53,728 nt of DNA from an uncultured Chromatiales bacterium (lineage in GTDB: Bacteria; Pseudomonadota; Gammaproteobacteria; SZUA-140). Positions within the stretch are counted from its first letter, which is position 1; the number at the start of each line of letters is the position of its first letter. The stretch is taken from the NCBI GenBank assembly GCA_964384095.1, contig CAYLKC010000002.1, positions 1 through 53,728 on the forward strand, in the 5' to 3' direction. Below the pieces are notes generated by a model, which saw nothing but the letters and a program-made list of their open reading frames with translations, was not told the DNA's origin and made no database searches. Both the position numbers and the translations under genes were made by a program. Below are positions 27,227 to 36,000 of this stretch, in pieces.

Positions 27227-28078
27227 ATGCCGCGAAGATACCTGCAAGGTCTCCTGATACTCGTCACCGGCGCGTGCGCCGGGGGTGGCGCCTTGGCCGC
27301 GGGGCCGGAATCCGAGCTGACCGGCGTCGAGGTCTATCAGCGCTGCGCGGAGCAATACGCGGGCGAAGATCAGCAGGGTCTGTTCACAGTCTCCCTGCGG
27401 GATCGGGAGGGCCGTATCCGGCGCAGCGAATACATGCGCTTCTGGAAGGACTACGGCGGCGAGGACGGTGTCGCCGACAAGATGCTGCTGTTCACGGTCT
27501 ATCCGCCGGATGCCCGCGGCGCCGCCTTCATGCGCATTGCCTATACCCCTTCGACCAGCCGCCCGGTCGATCAGTGGATCTATCTTCCCCTGCTGAAAAA
27601 GATCCGCCGGGTGACGATCCGCGATCCCGGCGATAGCTTCCTGAACTCCAACCTGACCTATGCCGATGTCTCGCCGCGCCGGATCGACGAGGACGATCAC
27701 CGTTATCTCGGCGTCAGCACCGTCGAGGACATCGATTTCCATGTCGTCGAGAGCGTCCCCCGCGAGAGCAATCCGCTCTATGGCAAGCGGGTATTCTGGT
27801 TCGTCAAGACGGACAACTGGGATGAGTGCGTGACCGCGCGCATCGATTACTACGACACCGCCGGCGAGCTGATCAAGGACCAGTTCATCAAATGGCAGCG
27901 GGTCGGTGATGCCTGGGTGTGGGAACGCGTGCTGGTCAGGAGCCGGCGCAGCGAGAGTGCATCGATCTTTCAGTTGAGCGATGTCAGGGTCAACGTGGGG
28001 CTGGAAGACGAGCTCTTCTCCGCCCGCAGCCTGCAGCGTGGACCCGAGGTCATCGAGCGCTTCCGCCGCGCCCCCTGA
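27227..28078 (+). CDS. LolA-like outer-membrane lipoprotein-sorting family protein
   Basis: 283 aa with an N-terminal signal or possible lipobox (LVTGAC). Length and sequence style (FWKDYGG...KMLLFTVYPPDARGAAFM...DQWIYLPLLKKIRRV) fit the LolA_like family as I recall it. No HMM search was run. Confidence 0.6.
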   Translation: MPRRYLQGLLILVTGACAGGGALAAGPESELTGVEVYQRCAEQYAGEDQQGLFTVSLRDREGRIRRSEYMRFWKDYGGEDGVADKMLLFTVYPPDARGAAFMRIAYTPSTSRPVDQWIYLPLLKKIRRVTIRDPGDSFLNSNLTYADVSPRRIDEDDHRYLGVSTVEDIDFHVVESVPRESNPLYGKRVFWFVKTDNWDECVTARIDYYDTAGELIKDQFIKWQRVGDAWVWERVLVRSRRSESASIFQLSDVRVNVGLEDELFSARSLQRGPEVIERFRRAP

Positions 28079-28104
28079 GGCCCGCGCTTGTCCGGCGTTC
28101 AACG

Positions 28105-28125
28105 TTGTTATACAATGTATAACAA
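28105..28125. promoter_or_regulatory. AT-rich perfect 9-3-9 palindrome, candidate operator/promoter in front of the RHH gene
   Basis: ttgttatac-aat-gtataacaa forms an AT island in about 65% GC DNA, 29 nt upstream of the ATG at 28154. Confidence 0.5.
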
Positions 28126-28153
28126 TTTGATCCGGGTGTCACAGGGGGGAGCC

Positions 28154-28597
28154 ATGCACGATTTCGCGAGAGAGATACGCAACGCCGGCCGCAAGCAGGC
28201 CAGGATCGCTGCCGACAGGGCGCGCAAGAACGCGCTGGCGCGCAAGCAGGAATACCTTGGCGCGCGCGTGCCGAAGGAATTGCGTGACAAGGTCATCGCG
28301 CGGGCGGAGACGCTCGGAATCCCGGTCTCGATCCTGATCCGCGACATCCTCGAGGAGGCATTCGGCGGCGCTGCCGAAACTGCCGGTGAGCAGCGCAGCG
28401 CCCGGGCGCCCGTCGCGCGTACGGACGGACCGCGCTTCCCCGGCGTCATCGGCTGGGAAGATATCGTGCTGAATCGCGGCATGCAGTGTTCCTCCTGTCA
28501 CCACCGGATCAGTGCCGGCGCAGTGGTCATGTTCGGCTTCGCTGCCCCGGGGGAGGAACATGTTATCCTTTGCGACAAATGCAGAGTCGATGCCTGA
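28154..28597 (+). CDS. ribbon-helix-helix (CopG/Arc-like) regulator fused to a C-terminal Cys4-type zinc-ribbon-like domain
   Basis: 148 aa. RVPKELRDKVIARAETLGIPVSILIRDILEE is an RHH motif. The C-terminus has CSSCHH...CDKC. RBS GGGGGGA. Confidence 0.6.
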   Translation: MHDFAREIRNAGRKQARIAADRARKNALARKQEYLGARVPKELRDKVIARAETLGIPVSILIRDILEEAFGGAAETAGEQRSARAPVARTDGPRFPGVIGWEDIVLNRGMQCSSCHHRISAGAVVMFGFAAPGEEHVILCDKCRVDA

Positions 28598-30069
28598 AGC
28601 CTGGCAGGATACTTCACGCCCTTTCCCTGATTCTCGCGCTCCAGGTCGTCGATAGCGGCATCCGGGAGACGCATGCACAGGACCCGGACGTCGGGCCCGG
28701 GTCCGCGGGCGCCATGGCGCGCATCGCTGACCGCCTGACCCTGAACGGTTATCTCAAGAACGAAACCGCCTACCGCTTCCGCGAACCGCGTTCGATCACC
28801 AAGCTGCGCAATATCCTCTGGCTGGGTGGAGAGTACTCGTTCAGCCCTGATGCACGGTTGGTGGCCTCCGGCTGGGCCTATCACGACCTGGCCTACGACC
28901 TGTTTGCCTATGAGACGATCAGCGCGCGTTTCGCGCGCGATGATGACCAGCCGCTGGTCTTCATCGACAATCTCGAGCAGGAAAAGGATTCCCCGGTGGC
29001 CGAACTGCGGGAGTTCTATCTCGACCTCTATTTCAATCGCCTCGATATTCGCGTCGGCAAGCAGTTCGTCATCTGGGGTGTCTTCGAGGGTATCCGGATC
29101 ACCGACGAGCTCAACCCGCTCGATTTCCGCGAACTGATCCTGCCGGATCTACTCGATTACCGGATCCCGCAATGGACACTGAAGACCGACTATTACGGGG
29201 ACGCGGCAGACCTGCAATTTCTGTGGATTCCGGACATCCGCTTTCACAAGCCCGCGCCTCGCGGCTCGGAGTGGGAACTGCTGCAGGATATACGGGACGA
29301 GGATGACCGGATCATTACCCGATACCCGGCGCGAAACCTGCGTAATTCCGATTTCGGGCTGCGCCTGTCGAGCGAATGGCGCGGTAACGACGTCGCGCTC
29401 AGTTATCTGTACACCTGGGACAGTTTCCCGGTGGTGTTCCGCTCCGCGCTCATCGACTCGCCGCTGGACCCGCAGTTCTTTCCGACCTATTCCCGTCTGA
29501 ATGTCTATGGCGGCACGCTGATCCGGCCCGTCGGGCGGGGTATCCTCAAGGCAGAGCTGGCATATGTGCCTGACAAGTACTTCGGCCTGCGCGCCGACAG
29601 CGATCGCGATCTCGACGGGTTCCTCGACGAACAGGGCGCGGTCCGCAAGCGCCATATCCGCTGGGGGCTGGGTTATGACTTCAGCCTGTGGGGCATCGAC
29701 TTCTCGCCGGCGATCACGCAATGGGTGATCCTGGGCTACGATGAGCGGCTCATCCAGGACGAATACGATACCTCGCTGACCCTGTTCGCGCGCAAGCCGG
29801 TGCCTCAGTACAATGCCGTGATCCAGTTGCTCGCGATCGGTCTCGTCAATCTCGAGGAGCTGTATCTCAAGCCCAAGGTCATCTTCAATGTGACCAGTCA
29901 GTTCCAGATCGCGACCGGCGCCGACCTGTTCTTTGGCCGCCGTTCACAGCTCGGGTCGCCGGGGGGCGGCGCCGCGATCATCGGCGCGAGCCTGGTCGAA
30001 CAGGCGCAGTTCTTCGGCAATTTCAACGACAATGACCGGTTGTTCCTCGAGTTCCGGTATTCATTCTGA
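28579..30069 (+). CDS. outer-membrane beta-barrel protein (DUF1302-like)
   Basis: The ATG at 28579 overlaps the RHH gene's end. It has a signal peptide ..THA/QD, the sequence LTLNGYLKNETAYRF.., alternating beta-strand patterning and the C-terminal FLEFRYSF. Confidence 0.6.
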   Translation: MQSRCLKPGRILHALSLILALQVVDSGIRETHAQDPDVGPGSAGAMARIADRLTLNGYLKNETAYRFREPRSITKLRNILWLGGEYSFSPDARLVASGWAYHDLAYDLFAYETISARFARDDDQPLVFIDNLEQEKDSPVAELREFYLDLYFNRLDIRVGKQFVIWGVFEGIRITDELNPLDFRELILPDLLDYRIPQWTLKTDYYGDAADLQFLWIPDIRFHKPAPRGSEWELLQDIRDEDDRIITRYPARNLRNSDFGLRLSSEWRGNDVALSYLYTWDSFPVVFRSALIDSPLDPQFFPTYSRLNVYGGTLIRPVGRGILKAELAYVPDKYFGLRADSDRDLDGFLDEQGAVRKRHIRWGLGYDFSLWGIDFSPAITQWVILGYDERLIQDEYDTSLTLFARKPVPQYNAVIQLLAIGLVNLEELYLKPKVIFNVTSQFQIATGADLFFGRRSQLGSPGGGAAIIGASLVEQAQFFGNFNDNDRLFLEFRYSF

Positions 30070-31007
30070 TGATCCTCACGATTCGCAGAAAACGGTCTGC
30101 TCATCTGCTCCCGTTCCTTGCGCTCGCATTGCCGTGCATGCTGCTGGCATCGGCGTGGCCGGGCGAGGCCCGCGCCGAGTGGGAGCGCTGGAGCATCTCG
30201 CCGCTGCTCGGCATCCACAGCCCGCGGCTTAAACTGCTGAACGAGGGTGAGTTCCGCGCGCCGTTGCCGGGCCGCGGGCGACTGATTCCGTCCGGGGTCG
30301 AGGAAGGCGTCGATTTCGACTTCATGATCGACAATCCGTTGCCCGCGATGCGGCGTGGCACCGAGGCCGGGGTCGAGATCGCCTTCGCGCTCGATCAGCA
30401 GAATGCGCTGTTTTTCGGCGCCAGCGTCTGGGAGAGCGGCTCGGCCGCGTCCATGCGCACGGAGATCCCGTTCCAGGGCACGCTGACCGCCGTCGGCTAT
30501 GAGCGCAGCGCCCGCATGTCCTACTTCCAGTACTTCCTCGGCTGGCAGCGTCTGCTGAATCCCGGGCATGAACGCTGGAGGTTCCACACCCGGGTCGCGC
30601 TGCACGAGGTCTTCGATATCGACTACCGCGAGGAACTCGTGTTTGGCTTCAATCCGGAGGGCGTGAATACCTTCAAGCGCTTTATTGTCATGGATTCCCA
30701 GGCGACGGGTCACTTCATGTTCAACCTCGGCTTGAGCAGTGAGTATGCCTTTCGCGACTGGTTCTCGATCGGTGCGGATCTCGGCTACACCATCAGCGCG
30801 CGCAAGTTCAAGCTCGGCAACTCGACCCTGACGACGGATATACAGGTAGAGGACAACCTGAATTTCCGCACTCCGGTCCAGCTGGACTCGCAGCAACGGC
30901 TGACTTATCTCGCGGAGGCGGAGTCGTTCGATGACGTGACCTACCGTGACATGGAGCTGGACTTCGATGGCTGGCGCTTGCTGTTGCGGGTCAATCTCCA
31001 TTTCTGA
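30069..31007 (+). CDS. putative outer-membrane beta-barrel protein, unknown family
   Basis: 312 aa. The start overlaps the preceding stop (TGATG). It has the signal LLASAWPGEARA/EW and the C-terminal LLLRVNLHF. Confidence 0.5.
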   Translation: MILTIRRKRSAHLLPFLALALPCMLLASAWPGEARAEWERWSISPLLGIHSPRLKLLNEGEFRAPLPGRGRLIPSGVEEGVDFDFMIDNPLPAMRRGTEAGVEIAFALDQQNALFFGASVWESGSAASMRTEIPFQGTLTAVGYERSARMSYFQYFLGWQRLLNPGHERWRFHTRVALHEVFDIDYREELVFGFNPEGVNTFKRFIVMDSQATGHFMFNLGLSSEYAFRDWFSIGADLGYTISARKFKLGNSTLTTDIQVEDNLNFRTPVQLDSQQRLTYLAEAESFDDVTYRDMELDFDGWRLLLRVNLHF

Positions 31008-31015
31008 GTGGATGC

Positions 31016-33580
31016 ATGGCCGTTTCCGATCCGAAGCAGTCTCCCGATTTTACCTGCCGCCGGTTTGCGGGACTGGTGGCGGCCTGCCTGCTGACCCTGT
31101 GTTGCCTGTTGACGCCGGCGGTCCTCGCACAGACCGGCGATGCCGGCGTCACGACCCTCGAGGGTGAAGTCGAGGCGAATCCGGGACGGGCCGATGTCCG
31201 TATCCGCCTCGGTATCCTCTATGAATCTCTGGAGCGCATCGATGACGCAATCGGCCAGTTCCAGGCTGCGTTCGACCTCGCTGCGCCGGGAAGCGTCGAG
31301 CAGGAGGATGCGCTGCGCAGGCTTCGTTATGCGATAGCGACGCGGAATGCCAGGCGCGGCGAGGTCGAGGTTGCCCGGGACCAATTCGCATCGCTGGCAG
31401 CGGATTATCCCGACAACGCCCTGATCGTCTACAGCGCAGCGGTCGCCAACCTGCTGATCAACCGCCGGCAGGAGGCGCGCGCCGGATTCGAGCGCGTCAT
31501 CGAGCTCGATCCCGGGTTCGTCAATGCTTATCTGAATCTCGCTACCATCGACGAGAGTGAAGGCGATCTGGTCGCGGCGGTCGACAGGCTTGAGCGCATC
31601 GTTGAAATCGATCCCGACAGCACGGCCGCCCGTCGCGCAAGCATCCGTCTCGGTCTGATGGAAGGGCAGTTACTGGCACGACAGGGTAATTTTGCCGAGG
31701 CCGGGGCGGCCCTCGAACGGGTGCTGGCCGTCGAACCAGAGAATCGCGTTGCGCTGGGCACACTGGCAGAGATCCGCCGGGAACAGCGTGATCCCGACGC
31801 CGAGCGCGAGGTACTGACCACGCTCAGCAAGCACTATCCCGACGATGCCGGCGCGCGCATGCGGCTCGCCGAGTTGTACCTGCTGTCCGGCGATATGGCG
31901 CTCGCTTGGGAGGAGCTCGACCGGGTCGCCGCCTCGGAGGCAGACAGCCGTCTTCGTGAACAGGCGCTTCGGGTCATCGCGCGCCTGCGACAGACCGAGG
32001 AGGGGCGCGCGATCGAGCGTCAGCGCATGCAGGTTAGGATCGGGCAATACCAGGACAGGCTGGCGGCCGACCCGGACGATGCGGAGGCCTGGAAGGCGCT
32101 GGGACTGCTGTACTTCAGGGAAAATGCCTACGAGGACGCCGTCACGGCCTTTGAAAACGTGCTGCGCATCGACCCCGACGACCGGCGTGCAACCGAAGGG
32201 CTGGCGATGCTGTATGACCACCTCGGCAGATTCGGGGATTCGGCACAGCGGTATACGCGGCTGCTGGCGATCGAGACCGATGAAGCAGCCCTTGCCCGCC
32301 ACCAGCGATCACTGCGCCTGGTCACGGCCAAGGAACTGTATACCGACGGCAGGCACGCGGAGGCGACGGAGGCGTTCCAGGCCGTGCTCGACTTAGATCC
32401 CGACAATCAGATCGCGTGGTTCTATCTCGGGCTGATCCACACCGAAGAAGAGGACCTGCCAAGGGCGGTCGATGCCTACCGCGAGGTCGTTCGTATCGTC
32501 CCGAGCCATGTCGGGGCGAGGATGAACCTGGCGTTCAGTTACGAGCTGCTGAACCGGGAGGAGGACGCGCTCGATGAGTACCTGAAGATCCTGCAGTCTG
32601 ATCCGTCCGAGGCGGTCGGGGAACGTGTCCGCCGCCGGCTCGATCTGGTACAGCGTCGCATCCGCGGCGTGACCGTTTCCGCCAGTTATGTGATGGCCTA
32701 CGACAACAACAGCAACCTGGCGGAGAGGAACATCATCGATGATTTTCGTTCCGACCTGTCGATGAATCTGGCCTATCAACACAAGTCCCGGAACGACCTG
32801 CGCTGGCGCTTTTTGCTGAGTCCGAGCTACATCAATTACCACAAGGGACAGTTCGATTACCTGAATACGACGATGACGGTCTCGGCGACGCTGATGCCGG
32901 GGCGCTATACGCTGGTCGGCGGATACACCTGGCGCAGCAATGCCTCGCTGATCTCGGACAATCGACTGAGCCGCATGCATACAGTCTTTGCGGACGGCCT
33001 GCTGCGGACGCGTCTGCCGAACCTGTTGCACCCGTTTTCCGGCGAACTGGCCTCGAGCAACCTGTCGGCAAATTTCTCGTACAGTGATTTCGATGCCCGC
33101 AACAGCCCGTTCTTCAGCTCCTATACGGCCTCCGCGGGCGCTTCCTTGAATCAGAATGTGACCGACCGCCACCGCCTGCGGCTGGGCTATTCTGCGGTCT
33201 GGAACTCCAATAAGGAGCTGGTCGGCAACGACTACGCCTATCTGAGCCACGGGATCACGATCGGCGCCGATCGCCAGATGTCCTGGGGCAGCATCAACGC
33301 CAATTACGGGTTCACGCTGCTCGATTACAGCAATCCGGACTCATTCACGCAGTTTACCCGCCAGCGCAGGAACACCCGCCACAACCTCGCGGTGGGCGCC
33401 AGTTACCGCTTCCGGCCGAATATCGGATTCTTTACGACCTTGTCGTGGACCAGGAACAGCTCTAACCTGCCGGTCGGATTCATCCTCGGCAGGGAAGACA
33501 TCATCGAGGGCTTGCAGAGTTCTTCGCTCAGTAATTACGAGCGCTTGATGATCAGTGGCGGGATGAACGTCACCTTCTGA
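31016..33580 (+). CDS. TPR-repeat periplasmic domain fused to a C-terminal outer-membrane beta-barrel (Slam/DUF560-like or PgaA/BcsC-like architecture)
   Basis: 854 aa with a signal peptide. About 550 aa of TPR-like helices follow (repeated A..Y/F..A...P motifs). The last roughly 300 aa are beta-rich (VSASYVMAYDNNSN...) and end in GGMNVTF. Confidence 0.7.
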   Translation: MAVSDPKQSPDFTCRRFAGLVAACLLTLCCLLTPAVLAQTGDAGVTTLEGEVEANPGRADVRIRLGILYESLERIDDAIGQFQAAFDLAAPGSVEQEDALRRLRYAIATRNARRGEVEVARDQFASLAADYPDNALIVYSAAVANLLINRRQEARAGFERVIELDPGFVNAYLNLATIDESEGDLVAAVDRLERIVEIDPDSTAARRASIRLGLMEGQLLARQGNFAEAGAALERVLAVEPENRVALGTLAEIRREQRDPDAEREVLTTLSKHYPDDAGARMRLAELYLLSGDMALAWEELDRVAASEADSRLREQALRVIARLRQTEEGRAIERQRMQVRIGQYQDRLAADPDDAEAWKALGLLYFRENAYEDAVTAFENVLRIDPDDRRATEGLAMLYDHLGRFGDSAQRYTRLLAIETDEAALARHQRSLRLVTAKELYTDGRHAEATEAFQAVLDLDPDNQIAWFYLGLIHTEEEDLPRAVDAYREVVRIVPSHVGARMNLAFSYELLNREEDALDEYLKILQSDPSEAVGERVRRRLDLVQRRIRGVTVSASYVMAYDNNSNLAERNIIDDFRSDLSMNLAYQHKSRNDLRWRFLLSPSYINYHKGQFDYLNTTMTVSATLMPGRYTLVGGYTWRSNASLISDNRLSRMHTVFADGLLRTRLPNLLHPFSGELASSNLSANFSYSDFDARNSPFFSSYTASAGASLNQNVTDRHRLRLGYSAVWNSNKELVGNDYAYLSHGITIGADRQMSWGSINANYGFTLLDYSNPDSFTQFTRQRRNTRHNLAVGASYRFRPNIGFFTTLSWTRNSSNLPVGFILGREDIIEGLQSSSLSNYERLMISGGMNVTF

Positions 33581-33587
33581 GCCTTGA

Positions 33588-34334
33588 CTAGTCGCGCAGC
33601 GCGTTGAAGGCAAGCACTGCCCAGGTCAGGGTGGCGCCGGCGAAGACGACCATGACGCCGAGGCCGAGCGCGTAGGCGCCGAGGTCCGGCGGCGCGACCA
33701 GCACCGCGCGCACGCCCTCGACGGCGTAGGTGATCGGGTTGATGATCGAGATGAACTGTATCCAGTCCGGCATGAACTGCTTCGGCACCAGCGCCGACGA
33801 GAAGAACATCAGCGGCAGCGTCATCAGGTTGCCGATCATCACCAGCGGCTCCTCGCGCTGCAGCGTGATCGCGAAGCCGTTGGAGATCGCCGCGAAGCCG
33901 ATGCCGAGCAGGAACACGATCAGCATACCCATGATCAGATAGACCGGGTTCATCGTAATCGTCGAACCCATCAGCCAGGCGACGACGAGGATGATCAGCG
34001 CCTGGGCGATGACCTGCACCGCCGAGTGCATGACCCGGCTCAGCACGATCGCGACGCGTGATACCGGCGACACCAGCAGCTTGTCGACGGTGCCGGCCGA
34101 GATCTCGCGCAGCAGGCTGACGCCGGACCACGACGAGCCGAACAGTACGGTCATGATCAGGATGCCGGGGACCATGAAGTCCATGTAATTTTCGGCCTGC
34201 ACGAAGCGGCCGAACAGCTGGCCGAAGATGATCAGCCAGATCAGCGGCTGGATCAGCGTGAACAGCGTCCACAGCGGCATCCGCAGGGTGATGATCATGT
34301 ACTTGTTGAACAGATGCCAGGTATCGGCGATCAT
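33588..34334 (-). CDS. ABC-2 type exporter permease
   Basis: ATG at 34334, 4 nt after the ATPase stop. MIADTWHLFNKYMIITLRMPLWTLFTLIQPLIWLIIFGQLF.. with six TM segments is typical of ABC-2/DrrB-like proteins. Confidence 0.8.
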   Translation of the reverse strand: MIADTWHLFNKYMIITLRMPLWTLFTLIQPLIWLIIFGQLFGRFVQAENYMDFMVPGILIMTVLFGSSWSGVSLLREISAGTVDKLLVSPVSRVAIVLSRVMHSAVQVIAQALIILVVAWLMGSTITMNPVYLIMGMLIVFLLGIGFAAISNGFAITLQREEPLVMIGNLMTLPLMFFSSALVPKQFMPDWIQFISIINPITYAVEGVRAVLVAPPDLGAYALGLGVMVVFAGATLTWAVLAFNALRD

Positions 34335-34338
34335 CACG

Positions 34339-35823
34339 TCAGCCCTTCTTGTTCCAGTCGGTGCGGGGCTTGCCGTCCTTGTCGACCCACTCGTTGCCCT
34401 GCCAGTCCGGGGAGTCGCCCCATTTGCCCTTCTGGTCGCCCTTGTCGTCGACCCATTCATTGCCTTTCCAGTCGTCGGCTGATGCCGGCGCGGCCGGTTT
34501 CTCGGGCTCGGCGGCGGGCTGGCTCCAGTCAGATTTGGGCTTGCCCTGGTCGTCTACCCACTCATTACCCTTCCAGTCAGGCGAGTCGCCCCAGTCGCCT
34601 TTCTGCGCGCCCTGCTTGTCGACCCATTCGTTGCCCTGCCACTCGCCGGAATCGGCGGTCCTGCTCTCTGGCGGCGGATCGCCGGGCTTCTTGTCCTGCT
34701 CGGGTATGCGCGGCTTACCGTCGGCATCGACCCACTCATTACCCTGCCACTCGGCGTCGTCCTCGCCCTCGACATAGCCCCATTTCGCGGCCTGCTTCTT
34801 CCAGTCGCCACCGCCGCCACCCTTGCCGGCCCACTGGTGCCACCACTGTTCGGGCTCTTCCTCGGCGGTCTCGACCATGCTGGCGCCGGTGTACTTCAGG
34901 AACACGTCGTCGAGCGTCGGGCGCGCGAGCGACAGCGTCTTCACATGGACGTCGTGGGGCGCGGCCTGTTCCATGATCGCCGGGATCGAGGTCGCGCCGT
35001 CGTCGACGTAGAGGTGCAGGTTGTTGCCTTCGAACACGGCCTCGCGGGCGATGCCGCCGGCCTTGATGTCAGCCGCGTAGGCCTTCTCGCGCGCGCCGAC
35101 GCTATCGAAGGAGAGCACGACCGAGTCGCCGTGGATGCCGTTCTTGAGTTCCTCGGGCGTGCCGATGATCCGGATCTTGCCGGCATTGATGATCGCGACG
35201 TGGTGCGCGAGCTTGTCGGCCTCTTCGAGATAGTGCGTCGTCAGCAGGATCGTCAGGCCGAACTTTTTGTTCAGTTCCTCGATATGTTTCCACAGGATCT
35301 TGCGGCTGCGGATATCGAGGCCGAGCGTCGGCTCGTCAAGGAACAGGATCTTCGGCCGGTGGATCAGCGCGGTCGCGATGTCGAGCTTGCGGGTCATGCC
35401 GCCGGAATAGGCCATCACCGGCTTGTCGATGCTGTCCTTGAGTTCGAAGTATTCGGCGAGTTCCTCGATGCGCGAGCGGATGTCGGCCTTCTTCATCCGG
35501 TACATATGCCCCTGCAGGGTCATGTTCTCGCGACCGGTCAGGAAGTAGTCGACGCCGGTCTTCTGGGCGACGACGCCGATCGTGCGGCGCACCTGCTCCG
35601 GCGCCTGGTCGACGTCGATGCCGCCGACGAAGGCCTTGCCGGAATCGAAGCCCGACAGCGTCGACAGCACCCGGATCGTCGTCGACTTGCCGGCCCCGTT
35701 CGGGCCGAGCAGGGCCAGGATCTCACCCTCGCGGACCTCGAGGTCGAGTTCATCGACCGCGCGGTGGTCGGGCAGATAGATCTTGGTCAGCTTGCTGACC
35801 TGTATGGCAAGATGGTCTGTCAT
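34339..35823 (-). CDS. ABC-2 exporter ATPase (DrrA-like) with a roughly 170-aa Trp-rich tandem-repeat C-terminal extension
   Basis: Walker [10 protein letters not shown], signature YSGGMTRK and Walker [13 protein letters not shown]. The tail contains 5 copies of W(Q/K)GNEWVD. Confidence 0.9.
   Translation of the reverse strand: MTDHLAIQVSKLTKIYLPDHRAVDELDLEVREGEILALLGPNGAGKSTTIRVLSTLSGFDSGKAFVGGIDVDQAPEQVRRTIGVVAQKTGVDYFLTGRENMTLQGHMYRMKKADIRSRIEELAEYFELKDSIDKPVMAYSGGMTRKLDIATALIHRPKILFLDEPTLGLDIRSRKILWKHIEELNKKFGLTILLTTHYLEEADKLAHHVAIINAGKIRIIGTPEELKNGIHGDSVVLSFDSVGAREKAYAADIKAGGIAREAVFEGNNLHLYVDDGATSIPAIMEQAAPHDVHVKTLSLARPTLDDVFLKYTGASMVETAEEEPEQWWHQWAGKGGGGGDWKKQAAKWGYVEGEDDAEWQGNEWVDADGKPRIPEQDKKPGDPPPESRTADSGEWQGNEWVDKQGAQKGDWGDSPDWKGNEWVDDQGKPKSDWSQPAAEPEKPAAPASADDWKGNEWVDDKGDQKGKWGDSPDWQGNEWVDKDGKPRTDWNKKG
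34342..34860 (-). repeat. in-frame tandem repeats encoding the W(Q/K)GNEWVDxxG(K/A/D) modules
   Basis: The 24-nt core gtcgacccaytcrttrccytkcca (plus-strand reading) occurs at 34381, 34447, 34552, 34618 and 34726. Spacings alternate 66 / 105-108 nt. Confidence 0.85.
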
Positions 35824-36000
35824 CGCTGGGGTGGCCGGATGGGCTGGTGTTCCGGTTTTGTCGTTATCGTCTTCCCGGGCGGTAGAATGGGAACCGCGCC
35901 GGTGATGAAACCGGGGGCTGACCCCGTGTCTCGCAAGCGCTTATATTACTACATTTATCGGATACTTGCCCGCGGACTTTACCCTTCTGGGTACCCTGAA

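Noticed and set aside
34837-36000. Upstream 388 codons of the 738-aa ORF that ends as tsaD
   Set aside because: This part is antisense to the ABC ATPase and crosses the divergent promoter region. TsaD homology starts at [14 protein letters not shown] (36001).
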